A stretch of DNA of 64,000 bases from IMG/VR virus record IMGVR_UViG_3300047160_031539, positions 1-64,000 of that record; one strand, written 5' to 3'. The notes below the pieces were generated by a model, which saw only the letters and a program-made list of their open reading frames with translations, ran no database searches and had not been told where the DNA came from. Shown here one piece after another: positions 1-6,594 of this stretch. This stretch comes from a virus. Its lineage: Duplodnaviria > Caudoviricetes. Numbering within the stretch: the stretch's first letter is position 1; each line of letters opens with the position of its first letter. A program made the position numbers and the translations under genes.

Positions 1-1516
1 CCTCCGACAGCTTGCACGGCCCCTCCCCCGACCCCGAACCGGCCGGCTTCAACTGCTGGGCCTCCTGAGCGGCCCACGCCAGGGCATCCACCATGTCGTC
101 CGCCTCGTCCCCGTTCCCCGTGAACACGGCCAACTGCCTGCAGAACCCCTCCAGCCAGTGGTCCTCCTCGGAGGCCAACTGGCGTAACTTCAACTGCGTT
201 TGCACTAACTCGTCATGAGGCAACAGGATCCGCCCGTTCTCCCCCATCGTGATCGCCGGAAACGCCCGGGCCAGCTTGCTCCTCCCCTCGTGGTTGACCC
301 GCCGGGGCTCGGGAATCTCCCGGTGCCGCCGACACTCGTTCGCCAGCGACGACTGAAACCCCCCCGTCTCCACCACCACCAGACTCGGCCGCCACTGCTT
401 GCACACCTCGGCAAGACGTGGCACGGCCCTCTCCAGGGCCAGCCGCTCGTTCACCACGTCGAGGACCAGAACCCGCCCGTCCGGCAAGAGACCACACGTC
501 ACGATCGCCGTGTGATCGCTCGTCACCCTCTCCGAGGTCGCCCAGTCCACCGCCACAAACACCATCACCTCGTCCTTCCCCACCACCTTCCTCGGCAAGC
601 CGGCCGACGGAACGGAATAAGAATCCCCCGTGTCCAGATACACCGGCCACCGACTCGGCTTGAAGTGACCCCCCTCCTCCGGCGTCGGGTCCTGCTGCCA
701 ACACGCCTGCCACCACCTACCCTGTACCTTCTTCTGACGCAAAAGCAACCTGAGAGAGACTTTAGAAGGCCACAAGGGCGACCCCACCGGCCGCCCCAGC
801 ACGTCCCCCGCCAACGCTATCGCCGGAAACTTCAGGTGCGTCCACCTCTCCCCCGTCTTCCTCGACTCCCGCAAAATCCGCCCGAAATGATCGTTGTGAC
901 ACCACCGCGTCCCAATCACCCCCACCCGCGTCTCGTTCGTGATCCGACTAAACACCGTCGTCTGCATGAAATTCCAGTGCCCGTCCAAAATCAGCGGACT
1001 CACCGCTTGCTGCCACTTCCGGATCAAGTCGTCAATCAGGAAAAGTCCCGCCGGACGACCCACCACCCCCGCCTCCGGACCAAAACACACCATCCCACCA
1101 CCCTGCGGCTCCACCCGCCACTCCCCCTTCGCCTTACTGTCCGCCTTCAGGTTCACCCCCACCTCCGGACCATACCGTCCCACAATCTCCTTCACCCTCG
1201 CCCCATAATCCCTCGCAAACTCCGTCCCGTGCGCCACCAACACAATGTTCTCCCACGGAAAATGAAGTAAAAACCACGCCGGAAAATAATGAGCCGCCAG
1301 CAACGTCTTGCCGTGCTGAAACGGGATGTTGATCAACAGACGATCCGACCCGTCCTCCTTCCTGTCGCCAGCGTGCGAGAAGGCCAAACGTACCAACGCC
1401 GCATCTATCACCCGCAAATGCTTCGCGTCCCGCCACCGCCCCTCCATGTCCGCCAACGCCAACGCCGCCGGCGATGTCAGGTGAGGGAACTCCGCCGCTA
1501 ACTCCTCGAATCTCAT
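1..1516 (-). CDS. terL: Terminase large subunit (3' end runs off window; absent from the ORF track)
   Basis: Hand translation from ATG 1516 is open to position 1. Walker A-like PFQHGKT, Walker B LFLIDD, GTRW coupling motif, nuclease VAVDWA...SDHTA and DDMVDALAWA. Confidence 0.93.
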   Translation of the reverse strand, partial: MRFEELAAEFPHLTSPAALALADMEGRWRDAKHLRVIDAALVRLAFSHAGDRKEDGSDRLLINIPFQHGKTLLAAHYFPAWFLLHFPWENIVLVAHGTEFARDYGARVKEIVGRYGPEVGVNLKADSKAKGEWRVEPQGGGMVCFGPEAGVVGRPAGLFLIDDLIRKWQQAVSPLILDGHWNFMQTTVFSRITNETRVGVIGTRWCHNDHFGRILRESRKTGERWTHLKFPAIALAGDVLGRPVGSPLWPSKVSLRLLLRQKKVQGRWWQACWQQDPTPEEGGHFKPSRWPVYLDTGDSYSVPSAGLPRKVVGKDEVMVFVAVDWATSERVTSDHTAIVTCGLLPDGRVLVLDVVNERLALERAVPRLAEVCKQWRPSLVVVETGGFQSSLANECRRHREIPEPRRVNHEGRSKLARAFPAITMGENGRILLPHDELVQTQLKLRQLASEEDHWLEGFCRQLAVFTGNGDEADDMVDALAWAAQEAQQLKPAGSGSGEGPCKLSE

Positions 1517-1525
1517 GACCCTATC

Positions 1526-1589
1526 CCCCTGGAAATCAGATTTTGCTGTTTGCCCAAATGAAGCCCCTGGAAACTAGATTTTGCTATTT
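1526..1589. repeat. Two 26-bp direct repeats upstream of terL
   Basis: cccctggaaatcagattttgctgttt (1526-1551) vs cccctggaaactagattttgctattt (1564-1589); 3 mismatches. Confidence 0.85.
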
Positions 1590-1625
1590 CCCCGAATGGA
1601 GCCTCCCCCACCCCCGGGGGGTCCT

Positions 1626-1750
1626 GGGCGCCTGTACAAGAGGGCGCCTGTCCAGTACCTGGCGCCTGTCCAGTACTGGACAGGCGCCAGGTGGCGCCAG
1701 GTGGCGCCAGGGGTAGTCCAGGCGCCAGGTGGCGCCACTCGCCTGGCGCC
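1626..1750. repeat. GGCGCC-rich cluster with tandem CAGGTGGCGC half-sites
   Basis: ggcgcctgtccagtac twice, then caggtggcgc at 1688, 1698 and 1726. This decamer is one arm of the genome-wide palindrome. Confidence 0.85.
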
Positions 1751-1962
1751 CTGACCCGGGAGGAGTCAGGAAGTGAGTGAGAGGGAGTCCAGTCGCCTGG
1801 GGGTTTGGGCAACCCCGTTGCCTGGTGGTTTGGGCAAGCGGGCCCCGGTGGCCTCCGTGTCTGGCCGGGGCTAGACAGGCGGGGCGTGGTGGGCTACCAT
1901 GCCAGGCGACACGGGACTGCTCCCCCTGCCGGGCAGCGGAGGGGAGCGGGAGGGACGGCCGG

Positions 1963-2466
1963 TCAACCGGGGGAGGTTGGCTGGCCGTTCCGCATTTCAG
2001 GGGGCAGAGGGGCAGGCACGGCCGCGGACGGCCCTGGCTGGCCTTCGGGCGAACGATCGGGGGCGGAGGCAGGGGAAGAGGCATCAGGACCGGGATCGTC
2101 GGTCTGAGGGCCCGCCAGGGCCCTTGCCAGGGCAGCAGCGAAATCCACGGATGCCTGCTGGCCTTCCTGGGTGCCCATGGCGGCCTGGAGGGTCTGGAGG
2201 CGGATGCGGGCTTCGCCCTGTCGCTCGAGAGTCTGGGCCCGGGCGTTGCGGACGTTGAGTCCGGCGAGGATGGCGATGGTCCGGGCCGCGGCGAGGGCGA
2301 CGCGGGGCCGGGGGGATTCGAGGTAGGGGAGGACGGCCCGGACGGTGGCATCCAAGTTGGATGCGGTGAGGGGGAAGGAGCCTTCGGTGACTCGCTGGCG
2401 GATGAGGGCGAGGTCGCTGCGGATGTTGTGGGGGCGGATGGCGGGATTCCAGAGTGGTTCAGGCAT
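1963..2466 (-). CDS. Hypothetical helical protein; possible terminase small subunit
   Basis: Coding-like ORF (MPEPLWNP...), last gene before terL. The TerS call is positional only. Confidence 0.5.
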   Translation of the reverse strand: MPEPLWNPAIRPHNIRSDLALIRQRVTEGSFPLTASNLDATVRAVLPYLESPRPRVALAAARTIAILAGLNVRNARAQTLERQGEARIRLQTLQAAMGTQEGQQASVDFAAALARALAGPQTDDPGPDASSPASAPDRSPEGQPGPSAAVPAPLPPEMRNGQPTSPG

Positions 2467-2533
2467 GGCACGGCCCCCGGGGCGACACTGGGAGTGTACC
2501 ACGGGGGCCGGTGGCTGTCAGGGGCAGGGGCCC

Positions 2534-2557
2534 CCGGTGGCGCAACTGCGCCACCGG
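2534..2557. repeat. 24-bp palindrome copy 1 (variant CCGGTGGCGCAACTGCGCCACCGG)
   Basis: Compensatory A>C/T>G change in the arms; inverted repeat extends 2531-2560; 6 nt after stop at 2564. Confidence 0.9.
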
Positions 2558-2563
2558 GGGCGG

Positions 2564-2764
2564 TCACGGGGTGGACAGGCGGACGACGAGCAGGGGCGGT
2601 GTCGTGTGGGCCCGGTAGAGGGCACCGGCGGCGGTCTGGGCCTGGTGCCGGGACGCGAAGAAGGTAGGGGGCCGCGGCAAGCGGGACCACGGCCAGAGGC
2701 CGGGGCCGCACCAGACGCGGGCCCGGTCGTGGGTCACCAGGGCGAAGCCGAGGACGGAGGGCAT
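2564..2764 (-). CDS. Small hypothetical protein (66 aa)
   Basis: ATG 3 nt after the previous stop; ends just before palindrome copy 1. Confidence 0.55.
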   Translation of the reverse strand: MPSVLGFALVTHDRARVWCGPGLWPWSRLPRPPTFFASRHQAQTAAGALYRAHTTPPLLVVRLSTP

Positions 2765-2767
2765 GGG

Positions 2768-2860
2768 TTAGCTCCCGAGGTAGGCCACGACGGCCTCCGC
2801 CACGCGGGCGAAGTCCCGCAGCTGGCCCATGAGGCAGACGCGGGGGATGGCAGGGGACAC
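2768..2860 (-). CDS. Small hypothetical protein (30 aa, VSPAIPRVCLMGQLRDFARVAEAVVAYLGS)
   Basis: GTG start preceded by GGGAG; leader duplicated from the upstream gene. Confidence 0.45.
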   Translation of the reverse strand: MSPAIPRVCLMGQLRDFARVAEAVVAYLGS

Positions 2861-2895
2861 GGGATGGACTCCCAAACAGGGCCCCTCCCGTGGGG

Positions 2896-3117
2896 TCAGT
2901 CGATGGCGTCCACGAAGAAGCCGTTGACGGTCTCCTCCAGGGGCAGGGTCAAGGGCCCCGGGCCGTCGGCGAACAGGTCGACCCGGAACGACCGCCCCCC
3001 CTGGAGGCGGACCACCAGGGCCCGGGAGCAGAACCCCCCGGACGGGCCCCCCGACGGGTAGACTTCGATGTCGTCCAGGGTCACGGACTCGACGGCGTGC
3101 AGGGATAGGGTGGACAC
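2896..3117 (-). CDS. Small hypothetical protein (73 aa)
   Basis: AGGAG SD then GTG at 3117; globular-looking sequence. Confidence 0.6.
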   Translation of the reverse strand: MSTLSLHAVESVTLDDIEVYPSGGPSGGFCSRALVVRLQGGRSFRVDLFADGPGPLTLPLEETVNGFFVDAID

Positions 3118-3189
3118 GGGATGGACTCCTAACAGGCAGACACGGGAGGGGCCCCCGGCACCGTGCCGGGGGCCGGACACGGGAGGGAG

Positions 3190-4398
3190 CTAGGCAACGG
3201 CCGGGGCCGGGCACGTCCACAGGATCTTGTCACGACCCGAACCGACGCCGTAGGTCTCGCCGGGGCGGGGCTTGCCGGTCAACTTCGTCCACCCCCATCC
3301 CGACGCCTTCCGGGCGTCCTTCCGGCGGCGGTACAGGGGGGACGGGTACAGGGGGGACGGGACCGGGAAGAGGCCGGGGCCGGCCTCCGGGGCCGGGACG
3401 GGAACGGCCGGGATCGGCTCGCGGGCCCAGTCGGGAACGTCCAGGATCGCGCGAGACGCATCCGGGGCAGGGGTGGACTCTCCGGACGGCCCGGAGGGAG
3501 ATCGCTCGTCCCGGGGCTTGCCAGGGCCGTTCCCGGGCATGCCGTCGAAGGCGTCCCGCAGCTGCCGCAGCTTGGCCCCCCGGAAGACGGGCCGGCGGGG
3601 TTCCCGGACGTGGACGTAGCCGGCAGCGGCAGGGGTGACGTGCGGCGGGGTGGCCGGACAGACGGGGCCGGCCCGCTCGTCCCGCTGGGCCTGATCGTCC
3701 CGGGTGGCCTCCGCCAGGCTAGCCAGGAAGGTGCGGGACAGTCGCCCCGCGGCCGCGGGCTCAACCAGAGCGGGGGGGTACAGGCCGCTGATGACCCCCG
3801 GGCGCTCCCAGATCGCGTCCGAAGCGACGGGGGCCGCGACCGGGACGGCAGCTGCCCGGACGGTCGATCGTTCGGCCCAGAGGGCGTGGGGGGCCCGGAC
3901 GGGCAGGGCCTCCGGGGTGGACTCCTCCAACCAGGCGTAGAACTCTTCGCCGCCCGTCCGGGCCGGGTCGAGCAAGCGGGCCCAGTCGGGACCGGCCAGC
4001 CGCTCGGCCACCGGCAGGGGCAGGGCGGCCGGGGCAGCGGCCGGCAGGGCCACCGGGATGGGGGCCGGTACACCACAGGGCCCCCACCAGAGATCGACCG
4101 CCTCGCGGGCCGCGGCCCAGACCGACCGGCCCATCCCCCGACCGTCCCGGAGCGCCCGGCCCGTCGCCAGGGCCAGAGTCAGGACCGACGCGGCCCACAG
4201 GCACGCGATCCCGACCGTCAGCTTGAGAGCCCGGATCGGGAACCCCACCAGCACGTCATAGGCCAGCTCCCCGGCCGCCTCATCCCACTGGCGGGCCGAC
4301 AGCCGCAACTCCCACGCCGCCGCCAGGCCCACCGTCGCCAGGCCGAACACGCCCACCAGGCCGCCCAGACCGCACGCCGTCGATTCCAGAGTACCCAT
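3190..4398 (-). CDS. Pro/Ala-rich protein with N-terminal hydrophobic segments
   Basis: Long ORF directly downstream of a near-consensus sigma70 promoter; start taken at MGTLES. Confidence 0.55.
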   Translation of the reverse strand: MGTLESTACGLGGLVGVFGLATVGLAAAWELRLSARQWDEAAGELAYDVLVGFPIRALKLTVGIACLWAASVLTLALATGRALRDGRGMGRSVWAAAREAVDLWWGPCGVPAPIPVALPAAAPAALPLPVAERLAGPDWARLLDPARTGGEEFYAWLEESTPEALPVRAPHALWAERSTVRAAAVPVAAPVASDAIWERPGVISGLYPPALVEPAAAGRLSRTFLASLAEATRDDQAQRDERAGPVCPATPPHVTPAAAGYVHVREPRRPVFRGAKLRQLRDAFDGMPGNGPGKPRDERSPSGPSGESTPAPDASRAILDVPDWAREPIPAVPVPAPEAGPGLFPVPSPLYPSPLYRRRKDARKASGWGWTKLTGKPRPGETYGVGSGRDKILWTCPAPAVA

Positions 4399-4473
4399 TG
4401 CACAGACTCCCAGTCGCAAGATCCCGTCGGATCGGCTGGCCCCACCACAGGGCCAATCCGTCCTACGCAATGG

Positions 4474-4502
4474 AGTCTACAACGGGACCCAGGGCCTGTC
4501 AA
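4474..4502 (-). promoter_or_regulatory. Sigma70-type promoter TTGACA-N17-TAGACT
   Basis: Read directly on the minus strand: perfect -35, 17-nt spacer, near-consensus -10. Confidence 0.75.
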
Positions 4503-4518
4503 GCCGAACTTCGGGTTC

Positions 4519-4773
4519 TCATTCCTGAGAATGTTCAGTAGTGCATGCCTGTTCAGACACGACCGGACCCCTCTCCCCGGCCCGCTTGCGGCCCCGGGGG
4601 AATCCCCCCGTCCGGGCCGGGTCCGCATCCAGCCCCGCCGCCGCGAACAGCGACAGCCGAACCCACCCGGCTAGGCCCAGACCGGCCTTCTCCGCCGCCC
4701 ACCGAAGCCTGGCTAGCTCGCTGTGATGAAGCCGCACGTCCAGGTGAACGCTCGTTCCTTCCGCCCGTGGCAT
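4519..4773 (-). CDS. Ribbon-helix-helix-like DNA-binding protein
   Basis: SD GGAGG. VHLDVRLHHSELARLRWAAEKAGLGLAGWVR fits the RHH/MobC-like strand-helix-helix pattern. Confidence 0.6.
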   Translation of the reverse strand: MPRAEGTSVHLDVRLHHSELARLRWAAEKAGLGLAGWVRLSLFAAAGLDADPARTGGFPRGRKRAGERGPVVSEQACTTEHSQE

Positions 4774-4798
4774 CGTCTCTCCCTCCCCCTTCGGTCCC

Positions 4799-4874
4799 GG
4801 GGCCGTCCCGGGACGGCCCCGGGACGGTGTACGCGCGTGCGTGTGTACACGCGTGCGTGTGTACGTACGTGCGC
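4799..4874. repeat. 22-bp perfect palindrome plus 48-bp alternating purine-pyrimidine tract
   Basis: ggggccgtcccgggacggcccc (4799-4820); strictly alternating RY run 4827-4874. Confidence 0.85.
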
Positions 4875-4966
4875 CTACGCAGGCGCCCGCGGCACGCACG
4901 CGGACAGGGCCAGGGCCAGGCCGTTCTCGGCCGGCCCCAGATCCCGCCCCTGATTTCTAAAGATTG

Positions 4967-4982
4967 TGCTTAGCGCTAAGCA
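4967..4982. promoter_or_regulatory. 16-bp perfect palindrome TGCTTAGCGCTAAGCA (operator-like)
   Basis: Seen in sequence; related site TGCTTAGCGTCAAGTA at 5212-5227 overlaps a -35 box. Confidence 0.5.
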
Positions 4983-4986
4983 GAGA

Positions 4987-5142
4987 CTACTTCCGCCGGT
5001 ACTTGGCCGCCTTCGCCTTGCCCCCCTGAGAGGCGATGTCCTTCCGCTGTCCCGCCGTCAGTACCTTCGCCCTGGACTGCCCCCCGACCTTCCCCAGGAT
5101 CGCCGCGGCGGCCTTCCGGTTCGTCTTCACGTCTCTCTTCAT
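4987..5142 (-). CDS. Small basic protein (LGKVGGQSRA...QRKDIASQGG; KGG-like)
   Basis: SD GGAGG; Lys/Arg/Ala-rich motif of small phage DNA-binding/KGG-type proteins. Confidence 0.7.
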   Translation of the reverse strand: MKRDVKTNRKAAAAILGKVGGQSRAKVLTAGQRKDIASQGGKAKAAKYRRK

Positions 5143-5195
5143 TTCTCTGCCTCCCCTTGGCCATAGGCCCACCCCGTTTCAGCGTGCATGCCGGA

Positions 5196-5224
5196 ATTGT
5201 AACCAGGGGCCTGCTTAGCGTCAA
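5196..5224 (-). promoter_or_regulatory. Sigma70-type promoter TTGACG-N17-TACAAT
   Basis: Read directly on the minus strand. Confidence 0.75.
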
Positions 5225-5229
5225 GTATC

Positions 5230-5541
5230 TCAGGACGGGCTGGAGACAACGGCGAAGGCGATCGGCCGGGATGTCTGCTGCACCCCCTGGGCGTCCGTCA
5301 GCCTCCAGGCCCGGGTCCACGTCCCGGCCGGACCTGGGTTGACCCACTGCACGTAGCCCCCGCCCCCCGCGATCGTGCCCACAAACGAGTAGGCGTTCCC
5401 GTAAGGGTCCGTCATCAGGAGAGAGGCCAGGCCCCCCGTCAGGTCCCAGAAGACACCCCCCAGGAACGCACTAAACTGCAGCTTGTACACGCTGCCGATC
5501 GTCAGGGGCACCAGGCCCGTCGTCGCAAAGGCGTTGTTCAT
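5230..5541 (-). CDS. Small beta-rich virion-associated protein (Ig/BppU-like)
   Basis: SD GGAG; beta-strand pattern; follows tail-fibre-like genes. Confidence 0.55.
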   Translation of the reverse strand: MNNAFATTGLVPLTIGSVYKLQFSAFLGGVFWDLTGGLASLLMTDPYGNAYSFVGTIAGGGGYVQWVNPGPAGTWTRAWRLTDAQGVQQTSRPIAFAVVSSPS

Positions 5542-5551
5542 GGTCCGACTC

Positions 5552-5575
5552 CAGGTGGCGCAATTGCGCCACCTG
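5552..5575. repeat. 24-bp palindrome copy 2 (exact)
   Basis: CAGGTGGCGCAATTGCGCCACCTG; 5 nt after stop, abuts the SD of the next gene. Confidence 0.97.
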
Positions 5576-5580
5576 ACAGG

Positions 5581-6585
5581 TTACGGGAACTGCAACACGT
5601 CCGTCACGACCCCGGCGCCCGGCCCGCCGAAACGCAAGACGTCCAGGGGCAGGCCCTCGCCCAGTTCGTCGAAACGCAAGACGTCGAGGACCACCGCCCC
5701 GAACAGGGGGACGGCCGGCGAGGACGAGGAAGACGGCAAGGGCAAAGACGACAGCGAGGGCAGGGCCGGGGGCGAAGACAACGCCGAAGAAATAGGCGCC
5801 GCCGAAGAGGGGGCGGCCGAGACAGCAGGGGAAGACGGGGCGGCCGGCGAACTGACCGCGGCCGAACTGACCGCCGGAGAAGAAACTGCCGGCGAAGACG
5901 GGGCGGCCGAAGACGGGGCGGCCGAAGACCGGGCCGGGGAAGAAACGACAGGGGAAGACGGCACGACCGCCGAGGAAGGGACGGCCGACGAAGGCACGGC
6001 GGAAGACGGAACGACCGAAGATGGGACGACCGAAGACGGCACGACCGAAGACGGCACGACCGAAGATGGGACGACCGAAGACGGCGGAGGACTGAACAGG
6101 CTGCTGGGCAGCCCCGACACCGAGGAAACCGGCGAGGGCCCCGACGAGGCCGAGGACAGGGGCGAAGGTGCCGGGGACGACGGGGAAGGCGAGGCCGGCG
6201 ACGACAGAGGAGACGAAGGGCCCGACGGCCCGACACCCGAGGGACTCGACGGGCCGGGAGATGAAACCGCCGGGGAAGGCGACGGGAAGGCCGGCGAAGG
6301 CGAGGAAGGCCTCGGCGACGACGGGGAAGGGGAAAGAGAAGGCGACGGGGAAGGCGACGAGAACGGGGAGGACGGCGAGGAAACGGGCGGGACCGGCACC
6401 ACCCCCCGGGCCGGCGAGGCAGACGCCGAAGGCGATGACGAAGAGGCCGCCGGCCCGTCGAAGGTGCCGAAATACTCCCCCCTCGACCAGAAGTCGAGGT
6501 TGGCCGTCGTGAAGGCCCCTGTCCAGTCGGGCGGCTCCCCCCGCGACCAGAAGTCCAGCCGGTTCGTGTTCTGGAGCGTTGCCAT
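5581..6585 (-). CDS. Ser/Pro-rich mucin-like protein with 15-bp (VVPSS) tandem repeats
   Basis: Duplicated terminal motifs LDFWSRGE x2 and LDVLRF x2 flank a long S/P/A/V linker; starts 9 nt after the previous stop. Confidence 0.7.
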   Translation of the reverse strand: MATLQNTNRLDFWSRGEPPDWTGAFTTANLDFWSRGEYFGTFDGPAASSSSPSASASPARGVVPVPPVSSPSSPFSSPSPSPSLSPSPSSPRPSSPSPAFPSPSPAVSSPGPSSPSGVGPSGPSSPLSSPASPSPSSPAPSPLSSASSGPSPVSSVSGLPSSLFSPPPSSVVPSSVVPSSVVPSSVVPSSVVPSSAVPSSAVPSSAVVPSSPVVSSPARSSAAPSSAAPSSPAVSSPAVSSAAVSSPAAPSSPAVSAAPSSAAPISSALSSPPALPSLSSLPLPSSSSSPAVPLFGAVVLDVLRFDELGEGLPLDVLRFGGPGAGVVTDVLQFP

Positions 6586-6594
6586 CGCCCCACT

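Noticed and set aside
330-380. Apparent frameshift in terL at the C7 run
   Set aside because: Recounting gives ACG GGG GGG TTT CAG; the frame is intact.
1513-1812. ORFs crossing the terL-upstream repeat block (1513-1812, 1584-2711)
   Set aside because: Low-complexity translations of the repeats with no SD or coding bias.
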